64,000 nt of DNA, taken from NCBI GenBank assembly GCA_047967505.1, contig CM106538.1, one strand, 5' to 3'. Source of the stretch: Dipteris shenzhenensis (taxonomy: Eukaryota). The notes under the pieces were generated by a model. That model worked only from the letters and a program-made list of their open reading frames with translations, was not told the origin of the DNA and did no database searches. Numbering within the stretch: position 1 is the stretch's first letter; the number at the start of each line of letters is the position of its first letter. Below, one piece after another: positions 1 through 12,329 of this stretch. The position numbers were made by a program, and so were the translations under genes.

Positions 1-892
1 CCAAGTCATAAGCTGTAATACTGATTCCATCATAACATGCCACACGCCATGGTTATTCCCATCCAGTTGACGATCGACAGGGAATGTGGGTAACACGGGG
101 ATCTTCACCTTATTTTCTGCTAGTTCCTGCAGAGAAGCCATGGGGAGAGAAATAGAAAGAACGGGGAAGATCGGGGAATGAGGGAAGAAAGAGAGGACGA
201 AGGATAGAAGACAAGGCTGAGAGGATGGAAGAGGATGCTTCTTTCGACCTCCAAAGTGACTGACCTTCACACAATCCGCTCCTTCGATCTGAAAACACCC
301 TTCAAAGTAAAGTCCCTTCTTTGTACTCCCAAAGACAGCCCGTAACGAACAGCTTCAAAAGTCTCCGTAGCTTGCTGGTTCTAGGTCCTCTCCACAGCTC
401 AGGTCTTCTTAGCCAACCTTTGGCTCTGATACCATGTGAGAAGTGCAGCGGTGCTGAGCAACAATGGAGAGAAAACAGCAAACACTCCTAGAGGAAGAAC
501 TGAAAACAAGAGAGCCAGGACAGACTTGCACAAGGATCTCAGGGAAAACTCCTCAACTGCTGGAGAAAACCTCAACCAATCCGAGGGAACTGAAGACTAC
601 TGAGATGAGAATATGGGGGGGAGAGGGGCCCTATATATAGGCTCCCCCCCAGCCCTAGATAGCCGACTAGGAGGGTAGGGGGCAGCCGACCAGCCTGGTT
701 GGTGCAGCCGACTGGGCTAGGTGGGGGCAGCTGACTAGGGCTAGGGGCTATAAAAGGCCCCCAGCCAGGGCGCATACTAGGGGCCATGATGACAGCCCAG
801 TGGCAGCACTAGGTGGCCCTGGCACAAGCCCAAAACAGGCCCCAAGTCTGCCCCATACCTCCTCCAATGTGTCATGGGCTGGACAGCATACA
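1..892 (-). mobile_element. 5' part of a Ty1/copia LTR retrotransposon (LTR 435 to ~892, PBS 423-434, gag start running off the window)
   Basis: Reverse-complement tRNA-iMet PBS TGGTATCAGAGC abuts the LTR end; TATA-like tatatatag near 632-640; minus-strand LDGNNHGVWHVMMESVL gag motif at ~15-80. Outer LTR end is 892 or 899. Confidence 0.85.
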
Positions 893-1714
893 TCTCGCAT
901 AGACTTCATATCGAGAGTGGTAGAGCAGAGCGCCTACCCAGGGAGAGGTGCATATGCACATTATGTGACATGCAGGAGGTTGAGACAGAGGAGCACTTCA
1001 TCTTCAGGTGTCCTGTTTACTATGAGATCCAAGGGCGTTTCTACTGCCTCTTCAGAGATAGCTATGGGGTTTTGGCCCGATTCCTCTCCTACCCAGACCA
1101 AAGGTGTTTGGCAGGCTTTGTTCATGAGGTACTCAGGCACCGCAAGAGGATACTTCGAGCATGGAGATAGGAGCAGACTTCTTCCTTGGCTGATCCCTAT
1201 CGGAGCTTTATCATGGAGTTTTTTCAGCCAGATCACATGGACCCCCATGAGACGAGGCCTAGACATGACCTGACCCAGAGCCAGTGACCCGACAGCTCAG
1301 ACAGAGGGTTGACAGGCAGATTACACTTGGGGATATCCCCTCCGTATTTAGAGTATGAGTCCGACCGACAGGGGTTACTGTAGCCCTTGTTAGGCGTAGA
1401 GCTATGACCAAGATACGTGCCAGGGCCGCACCCGTGAGTGGCCGACAGCACTCTATCGCCGATTTCATGCCTCCATTGCCTCATCCACCCTGATGTCCTG
1501 GTGATGATGATGATGAGATTGATATATAGTCGATCACTCACATGACTATGTTGTACTTAGTACTTAGTACTACCATTCTGCATTTTCTGCATTTTGCATT
1601 GGTGTGGATGCTCGTTTAGAAGCTCCACCACCACAGCTCGTTTGTACTAGGAATTTCACAGTCTCATAGACCCATCGGTCTTCCGAAGACTTTAATAAAC
1701 TTTCTTTCTTGCTT

Positions 1715-1749
<35 letters not shown>
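893..1749 (+). mobile_element. 3' fragment of RTEX-like LINE (C-terminal CCHC domain, 3' UTR, (CT)n tail)
   Basis: SHRLHIESGR..CTLCD..ETEEHFIFRCP; aataaa then (CT)17 at 1716-1749; homologous copy at 44959-45700. Confidence 0.85.
1716..1749. repeat. (CT)17 microsatellite, LINE tail
   Basis: Direct reading. Confidence 0.95.
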
Positions 1750-1753
<4 letters not shown>

Positions 1754-2974
1754 CTCTCCGCAAACCCACAACTGTGGCCCTCACTCAACCTCACATGGGC
1801 AGGCAGACCCACAACCAAGGCCCTTGCTCTATGATACATGAGAGGACCTATAACAACCCCCCCCTCTCCCCCCCCCCCCGCCTCCCCACCTTACCTCAAA
1901 AATGAAATGTGAAGCTGAGAGTAGATTCAAAAGGAGGCTTGTGAGGGGTGTCAATATGCTAGGAGAGCAAAAGAAAGACAAATCAAAAGTGGAAGGTGCA
2001 AGTTATGCCTTCGTTTTGGTTTAGAAAGTTCAAAAATCTAACGCTTGGACTTCGTGATGCCTGTGTATGCTGTCAAGGTTGTGTGTGAGAGAAAGAGAAG
2101 TACAATAGAGGAGATTTGTGGGGTTCAAGGAGGATCTCACCATCAGTTGGAGAAGCTTCTTCATCAAAAGCCCCATCAAATCTAGACATGGTCTGCCACT
2201 GTTATCATTATCGCTCATCAAGCTCATACAATACTCGGAGTGCCATGGCTACCTAGAGGGTAAAAAGAGGTGGTTTCTATAGACCAATTTTCACAGACAG
2301 TGACAGTCCAGTTCATGGCTCCTTAATCAATTAATTGCATGGATTGGAAGCTAGCCTTCACAAGTTGTTTCTTTTATGTTATTGAAAAAAGAATGAGGAT
2401 GTTGCAGGATGCCTGTAACTGGATCAATACTTCTATGGATTGGATTGAGACTTTGATGTTCATGTCCAGCTTGTCTAGAGTAGACCTCGTTCTCACTATA
2501 GCATTGGATCGAGAGCTGATAATGCATCTCATTTTAGACCCAGCACAAGCTACATTGTTTGATGGTTTCCACCCTTTTATTCTGGATTTTCTTTTTTATT
2601 AAACCATGAGACCTGGTTTGGAGGCCAAATATAGGAGGGGCTAATGTCTTGGCTGCAATCACTTACCTTGTGCATTGAAGCACAAAGAGGCTAATTGTGC
2701 CACTGCAACTATCCAGCCTAAGCACTTTTAATCATTAAGGCTGTGACTAACTCTTGATGTGTCCTGATGTTTTCCTGTCCGTGCACACACTTTCACATTT
2801 CTTGGTTTCATACTGCATGGAGGCATTATCGTGTTTGGTTCTTCTATGAGCTTGTTTTCTGTGCGTGTCTGCTTGTGTGCCATGCCACAGTAATCCTCTG
2901 AAATTCAGAAATCACCTGCTTGTGATTAACGTATTGCATGTAGAGTTAACTTTGTGTTTGTTTATTTTCTTTAG

Positions 2975-3040
2975 GTTGCCCTGGAAGTGGAACGAGAAGA
3001 GGATGAAGGAGGAACGGTGGGGGAGACATTTATAGAATAT
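2975..3040 (+). CDS. FGT1: FGT1 exon a (VALEVEREEDEGGTVGETFIEY)
   Basis: tttctttag| ... TAT|gtgagt, 66 bp, phase 0/0. Confidence 0.93.
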
Positions 3041-3152
3041 GTGAGTATTTGTGTCGGAGTGTAGTATATGTGATATGGCTAACCTGTGTGTTGGGTCTTT
3101 ATTTCAATTTGTATACAATGATTACCTCTTTGTGAATATCTTGTTTCTGCAG

Positions 3153-3326
3153 CTCCCATCAAAGCTGTCTATCGGCCCCTTGCATCCAGACCCTGTGGTT
3201 GAAACAGCTTCCCTATCCGCAGTACAGCCCCCTGAGCCTACCTATGACTTGAAAATTGCTAAAGAGATGGAACAGTCAAAGTCTCTTTCATGCTTGCAAC
3301 TTGAAACCATTGTATATGCTTCCCAG
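3153..3326 (+). CDS. FGT1: FGT1 exon b (LPSKLSIGPLHPDPVVETASLSAVQPP...ETIVYASQ)
   Basis: ctgcag| ... CAG|gtgaga, 174 bp; HPDPVVE motif of SBNO proteins. Confidence 0.96.
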
Positions 3327-3494
3327 GTGAGATATCATGATTGGGCCATTCTTGAGGAAGTGGGCATGTTTCTTGAAGTAGGCAATAATGGAATGCTTTC
3401 GTCCAAGGGGAACGTGGAGTGACATTCAGTGTGCTTGTGTGTCTTTAATGAGCCAAAGAACCTCACATTTATATAATTATTCTTTATACTGCAG

Positions 3495-3625
3495 AGGCAT
3501 AATCAACACCTCCCAGATGGTTCACGGGCAGGATTTTTTGTTGGTGATGGAGCAGGTGTGGGTAAAGGTCGCACAATTGCAGGCCTCGTTTGGGAAAGCT
3601 GGCAACATGGGAGACACAAAGCATT
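3495..3625 (+). CDS. FGT1: FGT1 exon c, P-loop ([19 protein letters not shown])
   Basis: ctgcag| ... TT|gtgagt, 131 bp. Confidence 0.96.
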
Positions 3626-3726
3626 GTGAGTAAACTTGTAGAAGCTGTCCCATTTCCTTTCAGCTTTCAGTAAACAGGTGTGCTTAAATCGTTAGCTTGA
3701 TTTGCAATTGACCCGACTACTGGTAG

Positions 3727-3803
3727 GTGGTTGTCAGTTGCATCTGACCTGAAATATGATGCACGGCGAGATCTTGATGATGTAGGGGCAGCTTCTATAG
3801 AAG
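3727..3803 (+). CDS. FGT1: FGT1 exon d (WLSVASDLKYDARRDLDDVGA)
   Basis: tggtag| ... GAAG|gtacat, 77 bp, phases 2/1 fit neighbours. Confidence 0.94.
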
Positions 3804-3959
3804 GTACATGCTTTCATATTTTTTGTAACGTCAAAATGGCCTCTGCTATAACACAAGGTCTGATGGGTGATGAATTCTGCAATTGATTTGAGCATTGGTT
3901 GTATTAATTCAGTATTATCTAGTTTATATATTTTTAGTAATTAGTATCTGCAATCTTTA

Positions 3960-4410
3960 AGCACTAGAGCAGGAGGGAGGGACCTAGATAGACTGATCCA
4001 GTTGAGCACTAGCAATGTTGCATAGCTGATTTTCTTTCTCAACGGTGTCAGCCCTGAGCAGATCCAGGGCCACTGCCAGCCGAGATCATCTCGTCTATCC
4101 TCAGCCAATCTGTGGTGTTGGTCCCATAGACAACATACACATGTCCCATCACACGGTTGGATGGCCTGATTAGATGGCCGATCACCGGGGACCTTTCCCC
4201 TATTGTCCTTTGCATTTGAGGATTCTCCCATAGCAACAACTCGGTGTATTTATTTTCTGTCTCAGATACTAGCCTTAGGCGTGGATGCCCGTTTTAGTGG
4301 CCGCACCCCTTAGCTTTCATTGTATTTGGTTTTTTTCAGCCTCATAGACCCTTTGGTGTTTTGAAAACGGTGATTTTTCTTGCTCTTTCTCTCTCTGTCT
4401 CTCTCTCTCG
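3960..4410 (+). mobile_element. Degenerate 3' UTR of the same LINE family
   Basis: Shares gatgcycgttt and ctcatagaccc blocks and a CT-rich tail with 1600-1749 and 45580-45700. Confidence 0.55.
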
Positions 4411-5433
4411 CTTTGTTTTTTCAACATGGTATTAGAGCCACTGGTGCTCTTGTAGCTTCTCCACTCTTGCATAGTTCAAGGAGTGAGTGTGTGTCTTCAG
4501 CCATAGTGCGGAGGGTTGTTCCAGCCATAGATGGTGTTTTTTCTCGACCTACATTGTATGTGAGATAGATCAGCGGCAGCATGATACAATGAGTTGCTGT
4601 ACAACATGTTCAAGATGCCTCTATGATCCTCTCTCTATGAGTGAACCGAAAGTGGGTATATACAAGTAAGAGGATAAGGATCCCATGGATGCCATATGCA
4701 CACCAATGGTGGAATTTACATTCTTGACGGTTAGCGATAACAAAAACCATGAAGAGAGCTTCAAATTGGGCTTGCAAGATTTTGAAGTAGAGAAAGATTT
4801 TTTAAAAAATAAATTTTTTAGGGTAGAGAAGATGGTCTTTGGCAGTCCTTTCTTTGTTTCCTTTGTTGTGGGGATTTTGAAGGTGTGGCCATTTTCCCAG
4901 AGATATTGGATGTCACAGTAGCCCTTTCTTAGGATTTTGTCTGTTTTGTTATGGCTTAGCAATTAAAAAATACATAAGCCCAAATTTAAGTTAACAGGTA
5001 GCAGCTTTTTTCTTAATGTGACAAATCTCATTTTTCCTTTTAAACGATTCACACTACCAGAGGTCAAGGTAAGAGGGACCGCTTTTTTTCGAGGGGAGGG
5101 AGGAAAAATCTATCTTTAAACTTGTCAGCAATGATCAATTCCTGTTCTTTTCCAAATCTTCAGATATTCTATTATCCAGAAATCATATTACCATTTATGT
5201 ATTCCTGATCAATCACCAAGCTTTCTTCGCGAATCTTACGAAGCTTGTGAGTTACTTAAGTAGGATCATGTGACGGCTGACAACGTTTTTTCATATGCTT
5301 CTGCAGAAAGTGCTTTAACTATTGTGTCTGAGTGATTGTCTGTCAGTCAGGTTGAAATGCTTCAATTATCTGTTTCAGCGCATGTCTTATTTTAAGACGA
5401 TAGCCTACCTTATGGACTTTTCTGTTGTTGCAG

Positions 5434-5615
5434 TGCATGCGCTTAATAAACTGCCATATGGAAAGCTTGGGTCTAAGACCGTAGGTGTCAAAGATGGTGT
5501 GATCTTTTTAACTTACAGCAGCCTCATTGCATCTTCTGATAAGGGCAGGTCTCGATTGCAGCAGCTGGTGCAGTGGTGTGGATCAGAATTTGATGGTCTT
5601 CTTGTGTTTGACGAG
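5434..5615 (+). CDS. FGT1: FGT1 exon e ([11 protein letters not shown]...[12 protein letters not shown]...VFDE)
   Basis: ttgcag| ... GAG|gttttt, 182 bp; first half of DECH motif. Confidence 0.96.
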
Positions 5616-5846
5616 GTTTTTAGACGAACCTAGAAAATTTTAATTTGAATGACCAATTCCAATGCTGATGATTTGTGCTCTAGAATGTCCGTTTCTCAAT
5701 TAGGTTTAGATCACATTTGAAAGGAATTGCATGCTTTGTTACTCATCACAAGTGAATAAGATGTGGCTTTGCTTGGGTCAGAGCTGTTCCAAGGCCTTGT
5801 CATTGCCATTGAGTCTGATTCTCAAATATCTGTAAATGCATTTCAG

Positions 5847-5924
5847 TGCCATAAGGCCAAAAACTTGGTTCCTGAAGCGGGAGGCCAAGCTACCCGAACT
5901 GGTGAAGGTGTTCTAGAGATTCAG
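5847..5924 (+). CDS. FGT1: FGT1 exon f (CHKAKNLVPEAGGQATRTGEGVLEIQ)
   Basis: tttcag| ... CAG|gtgagc, 78 bp. Confidence 0.96.
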
Positions 5925-6399
5925 GTGAGCAAACTGTTTCAGAGGTCAATTGGAGAGGCTTTCATGCCTCTTTGATATTTCCTTGTTTCTTCTTCCTCTT
6001 CTCTTTTGTGCACATTATGTTTATTGTAACATAGGCTCGTTGTACTGAGCTGGTAAGTGTGAATATTGTAGGTTTATCTTGCAGGTCAGGGTGTGCCAAG
6101 GATCACATGTTGTAAATGGTACCATTGCTTGTGTGGCATTAGAAGTCGCTCTTTATCAAATTGAATTGTGAGCCATTATAGAGCACGATTTGCACTTTTA
6201 AGAGTCCCAAACAAATTATGGAGCCAGCTAACAAGCCCACTAGGGGAAAGCCAGATGGCATCCGAAGAGACATCAAGTGGCAGCCAAGAGCTCACCAAAA
6301 AGGCACCCAAGTAGGATTGCCCGTAATCTTTATTACATCGGCCGCAGCCTTAGAGATTGATATTTTTAACAGAAGTATACAAAGGAAGATAGGAAGTAC

Positions 6400-6900
6400 T
6401 TGAAATTTAAAAAAGGGGATTTTGGACACCTAAATGGCTCCACAAAAATAGATATGCCTCCTTGAAGGGTGACATCAACTTCAAGCTGGCCCACATATTT
6501 TATGGCACCTAGGGGATTATTTGCAAAGTTGGGGAAGTAACATATTAATTGGAGCTACCGCCCACCCGCATAATCCATTTTTCTGTTTCAGGTCTCATCG
6601 CATGTAGATTAGAGTGTACAAGTCTTCTCTGAGCTGCGACAAATGGATGAGGAAGGTTGTATCCTCTATATCTCAGAGCAGTTCATGGGCTTTAGACATC
6701 CAGTCGTTGGAAACGAGGTCTACACAGACTATTGCATGAAAATAGGAGGTGAGAGATTTTGGCAGTGAGAGCATTGTGCAAGAGTACCCAACCTTTTGGG
6801 ACAGTGATGGGAAGCAGCTGCTAAGACCTCTCCTTGTAGGGCAGACACCATATGGAATTCCAGGGCCAAAATATTGGCTGTATTGAAAGAGAAACTTAAG
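6400..6900 (-). mobile_element. Degenerate L1-type LINE remnant (zf-RVT region)
   Basis: Minus-strand WVLLHNALTAKNL at ~6750-6795. Confidence 0.5.
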
Positions 6901-7039
6901 CTTAAGTTAGCACAAGCAGTACTTAAGCCTCACTCCCACCTAGTTTATGACAAGATTTTACTTGACATTATTTCCTTTTAATCTACTTTGACCCCCAACC
7001 TTTCAAGCATTTCACCCTCCTTTCTTCTCTCAAGAAGAA

Positions 7040-10000
7040 TGGAACTTGACAAAGTAAAGGAAGCAACAAACAAAGCCATGATAGCATACTTGAAGAATGG
7101 AAAGCACTCGTGGGAGAAAAGCAAAAATCAAGACAAGAAAAAGGCAAATGGATTCGGAAAAACAAGTAGGATGGGAGACCCCAAGGATATGGATATGAAT
7201 ATGGTTGCAATTTCAGAACTAAAAGAGATAGACATTCTTATGGCACTTGAAACTTGGGAACACCAGGGTTATAAGGTACCGATGATTAAACTTTGAAAGT
7301 TTCACAAATCTCTCCATCTAGAAGTAAAGACGAGTACACACATAATGGGGACATGCACACATAATGGAGTGAAAGTGGGTGACTCGAGAAACCATAAATA
7401 TGATCTAAGATGGACTCAACTTGTACTATGTCTCTCTACTAGATATGGTCCATAATGTTGACTCAGAGGCTAAGTGTGAGCATGACTCAAAGGCCCAACT
7501 AGGCATACAAGCCCTATGAATGAGCATGGTCAGAGGCTCCAAGTCTTAGCATGGACACATGAGAACTCAGAGGTTTAGGGGACCAAGGCACCCAGATCCT
7601 GAAGCTTCCCTTCCAGGCTTGATAAGAGTCCCATCCCTAGCAACATACATCAGTCTATCTAGGGAATACCCCCTTTCATTCTAACATAGGAAACGATGAA
7701 ACCTCTTAACATTTATTACAATCAGTTTTGGGGGACTACTGAGGCAGAGAACCCCTCACCCCAAGAACATGCCTTTCATTGCCAGATTTTGGATTGAACA
7801 GTTTGGTTTCAATTGGAATAGTTTCAATCTTGAGACGCCTAGTCACTCTTGTAGCAGCAGCAACAGCTTCATCTTGCACCTTCCTTGAGACAATGTACCG
7901 ATACAGTGACATTTTCTGAAGTGATTCTCATTGGGAGAAGGCAACCTTGCACCTTTGCATAGTCTCAACCTTTGAATTGACAGAGCCTTCCTGGGCCATG
8001 GGATTTGCAGTGATGCACGCCAAACCAGCACCAATACCTTTAATAGCAGTAACAACATCAGCTAGAGCTTGAAGGTCTGAAGAACATTGCTACATACTCC
8101 TCCAATGGCCACCAATATGTGTACCAGACAAATGTGTCGGCAGGGTGGTCTGTGAACAATCCAAAGCCTCTATACATGTGGATCTCCAAATATGGCACGC
8201 TGAGATGCTTGCCAATATCTCCCATGAATTGTCCAAAGTGGCATGTACAGGTCTATATGGAGACCAAGGAAATGTGACCTGGGTCAGGGTCTAGGTACCA
8301 TTCTAAAGCCAAAAAACACTGCTCCACATACTTGCAACCTTGACAGGCTGAAAAGCAATATGCATAAGAACATCATCCATAGATCTGAATAACTGCCCCC
8401 AGAAGGAACATAAAAGCCCAAGGCATCCCCGTCTGATCTTTGTAGTCCTACAACTTGAAGTGGGATCCCAGATCTCGCGAAGGCTCCTAGCCAAGTACCC
8501 CGAGAATGAAACCGGTCACCTGGAAAAGCCCAATCCAAGGGTATAGCTTTGCATCAATCTACTGGATTCTCCTTGCAGTTTCTCTGAGGTGACTTACTAA
8601 CTGGAGCCTCCAATCATCTAGAAGGTTTTTGAAAACCTTCCAAGAACCCACAAAGGAAGCAAGACCTCTCGACTAACTAGACCCCTTAAGTTGTGGAGTG
8701 GTTCCCCATTCTTCTTGGAGTCTCCTAGAGTTTTAAGGTGGCATTTTCAGGGATTTTTTCTAGCTCTCTTTCAGGAGTTTGATTTTGCCTTATTAGGGTA
8801 TTTGTTTTCTCATGCCTGGCATGATATGCTTTTCCAGTGAGTTGTTCTGTCGGAGTTTCTTTCATACTCAATAGAAGTATTTTCTTTGAAAAAAAAGAAA
8901 TCTTTCCCAGACCAATGATGGAGCAGCTTGTAATTGGAGACCTCAAATAGCCTCAACAAGATTTTTGTTCAACCAAAGAGTTTCAAAAGGCATGAATGGA
9001 AAAGCAAAAGATCCATATGAACTTATAGCCGAGATAATTAGATGGGGAGGGGATAATCTCCACCAAAAGATCCAAGAATTCTTGAATAAGGCTATACCTA
9101 AGGGTTTCCCACAAAGTGGCAAGTAAATACTTTGGTCCCAATTCTTGAACGTGGAAACAAGGAGGCAGCAAAGAGCTACAGGACAACTATGGTAAGCAGT
9201 CTCATCATCCATGGCAAGACTGTTCGAACAGTTATTGGAGAAATAATTAGTACATGGGTGGAATTCTCAAATGTTAGAGCTCCTTTTGGAAGCTGGTTGT
9301 ATGGTTTTAAAGCATTAATAGAATTTACCTTTTTCTGGAAAAAAATATGTCAGAGCCCCCTCTTAGGCTGGCTTTAGACCCAAACTTTCCACGAGTGAAT
9401 CATTTGATTACTCTAAACACTATAACGGCAGGATCACAGGGCAAATACAAATCAGTGTACTATTGCTTTGTAGTGTGGTATTATTGCTTATCTACGCAGA
9501 TGATGTGGTCCTTTTTGCCGAAAATGCAGCTCAAAGTATGATTGTAAATATTGACAAGACCATGTTGATGATCATTGGAGAAAAGATAAGTCTGATTCTA
9601 TTTTTTTTCATGGAAGCAAGCAAGAAGTGGTGAAATCTCACAGTATCCAGGACTGAAATTTGAGGACAACCACAAATGGAATCTGTGTAGAAACGAGGAC
9701 ACTTGGATCCCTAAAAGCTTTGTCGAGCTTACAAAACAAATGCAGGAAATCAAATATCCAGTGATGAGCAAATTCCTTTTCAGACTCTAGTGCGGCCAGT
9801 GGTCTCGTGTCAAATATGGGGCGCGAATCTAGCAAAACAAACATGGAAAAGAATAGAGAGAATTCAGAAAGGTTCCTAATAAGCTAGGGCTAAGGGTGCA
9901 AACTCGCTATCCCATGATTTTGGCAGAAACCAGAGTGGTACCTCTTGAGGGTGAAGCAATACGTCTCTTTATCTCTTATAGGGTCGAACTGAACTGAAAA

Positions 10001-10452
10001 AAATGGACACCCCACAAAGTGATGGAAGCCACAAGAGAAAAAGGATGGTTCAAAGAGGCACATAACTGGTTGGAAAGCTGGGATATCTCAAGCCAAGAAC
10101 TTCATGAAAAGAAAGGAGCCATAAGGGACTCCGTGAAGCAGAAAGTGGTGGACACTTTGTGGGGAGGATGCAAGGGGAAAATGGAGTCAGAAGAAAGAGA
10201 TCAACCCCATGTTAGCATACAATGAGCAACAGTTACCTCAAGGACAATGTTTCCATATACAAGAGACAGGCTATTTGCAGATTTAGAGTTAACTCCCATG
10301 ACCTGGAGGTAGAGACTGGTAGATCAACAGACATCCCCAGGCAAGAGAGGCTATGTATCTCAGGGACTATGTCTCAACATAAAATGAGCAACAGTACCTC
10401 AAGGACAACGTGTCCATGTACAAGAGACAGGGTATTTGCAGATCTAGAGTCA
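7040..10452 (+). mobile_element. Highly degenerate RTEX-like LINE, interrupted by other remnants
   Basis: APE start IDILMALETWEH (~7230), SYRTTMVSS (~9175), LLLIYADDVV (~9481-9510), [15 protein letters not shown] (~10280); ~70-bp internal duplication 10222-10290 / 10384-10452. Confidence 0.75.
7850..8700 (-). mobile_element. Degenerate L1-like LINE remnant
   Basis: 8580-8685 aligns by eye with 45900-46005 (ctctgaggtgacttactaa...); Trp-rich post-RT peptides on the minus strand. Confidence 0.5.
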
Positions 10453-10536
10453 TATTTCATGAATTTGATGTGCATTCGCTGGGTGTTACTGAATGTTCAT
10501 ATGTTTTATGCTTCTCAACTTTTATGTCTAATGCAG

Positions 10537-10669
10537 GCAAGGTTGCCAGAAGCTCGGGTTGTTTACTGTTCAGCAACTGGAGCATCGGAGCCTCGCAACA
10601 TGGGATATATGACTCGGCTTGGACTGTGGGGCATTGGGACCGATTTTCCAAACTTTCAAGCTTTCCTTG
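10537..10669 (+). CDS. FGT1: FGT1 exon g ([27 protein letters not shown])
   Basis: atgcag| ... CTTG|gtatac, 133 bp; SAT motif. Confidence 0.96.
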
Positions 10670-12329
10670 GTATACCATGTTCCCCATGCTACACTATTTG
10701 TTAAAGGATTCAGGACTCAGAAGACTTTTAATCAAGGTTCTCTTAGGATGAAGCATCTGGACTTTCCCTGTGCCTGTATAGCTGATGCTGTCCTTAGAAC
10801 CTAAACAATATATATACATACCTTTCAAATATTAACTAGTCAATAACCGCCACAAAGTTTTCCAGGGAAAACATCAATGACCAGGAGGATTGCCTGACAC
10901 TTTTTGCAGCTCAGCATTGCTACCGCTCATTTATAGCTATGCTAACCATGAGCAATTGTGTTCCCACTTGCCTGAGGAGCAGATCTCCCCATCTGCATAG
11001 CATATCACAGCTTTGAAAAAAAAAACAGATTCCTCTCTCTCATGATGTGAGACTTGCTCATGCTAAACTCTTCAGTTGTTATGTATTGCTCAATGGTTGT
11101 ATCAAAGGAATAGTAGAGTCTCCTAAATGTTTGGAATGGGCATGACTGTTGCCCATCCATGCTGTTCGTCAAAGTGTCTCTTCTTCTCAGAGAGCATGTG
11201 TGTTTCTAAATGATACCTTTTCTTTGTCCACGGAAACAGATGCACCTCGTCGAGTGCATGTTCTCTTTTCTTTATATGATGGGATTCCCTTTTAACCTGA
11301 AACTGTACAGAATTACAACATAAACCAGCAAGCTTAGACCAAAACCGTGCTAGAAAGGAGTTCTGATAAATGACATCGAATTAATATTTCTAATCTTGCA
11401 GCTACTCAAGTGTGTTTTTATCCTGAAGCAGACCTCTACGGCCCCGGATTATTCACTCATGATTATTCCTGTACAAAGATGCTTGCATTGGAACCGGATA
11501 TTCCATAGCAAGAAGACAGACTGACAAGCCCAAGCCTAAATATTTATATTTGACCCAGAGATTGAACTTTATCATTCAAGCAAGCAAGTGATTTGGCCAT
11601 GCATGGATCTCAACCTCTGATTAGAGAGAAAGGATGGTCAAGATACCCTCTATTTTGATCTATTTTAAACCTCACAGTGTTTCATTGAAAATTCACACAA
11701 TCGGTCACCTTTTTTAATAATGTTTTGAATCTTTCTCCCTCGAGAGAAAAGAATGGTCTATTAGGAAACTTTAAAAAAGGTACAGGTCATCAGTCCATGG
11801 GACACTTGATCAATCAAAAAAGACAGCTGGCTGCTCTGCGGCCTGCTTCACAAAGTCCTAGTTCACTGCCTTGCGTAATACTAGAATCAGGTGCCAACAA
11901 CTAGGGTGGAGGGCTATACAGTTAGTGGATTCCTCAATCTATGAGAATGTATGCCTGTAGGCCATGCCTTGCAGAAATGCTCCCACCTTTTGCAGTCTTC
12001 GTATACCCCTCTGTAGCCCGCTTCCAAGTGGCTCACAAGGTATCTATGGTATCATGCAATGTGTTGACGAGGGTGGTCGCAGGCTGAGTCTTCTGCCCCC
12101 ATATCACTAAACTGCAGCATGATACCTAGATATTTCAGGCAATGATGCTGGCACCTTTCTCCAAGACTGTGTCCTTAGGAGAGAACTCAAGTCTCTTGCG
12201 AGAGTGATGCGCCAAGTCCTGAATGTTGAGGCGGGTGATGCTTAGTCCATCTATCTTGTAGGCTAGAGAGACCATCTCCCTCGGGAAAGCATGTCGTCCC
12301 TTTGTCAAGCAAGCTACCATGCCCGCCTC

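Noticed and set aside
1600-1700. Possible hammerhead ribozyme in the LINE 3' UTR
   Set aside because: Could not assemble CUGANGA, GAAA and three stems on either strand in any of the copies.
1851-1890. Poly-C tract resembling a minus-strand PPT plus LTR start
   Set aside because: No convincing coding remnant or second LTR; it may be a simple homopolymer.
4421-4440. CA followed by PBS-like TGGTATTAGAGC
   Set aside because: No partner LTR or gag could be found; at most a small LTR-element remnant.
10222-10704. ORF appearing to fuse a LINE C-terminus to FGT1 sequence
   Set aside because: A canonical acceptor at 10536 joins exon f in frame. The upstream part is intronic LINE debris that happens to be stop-free.
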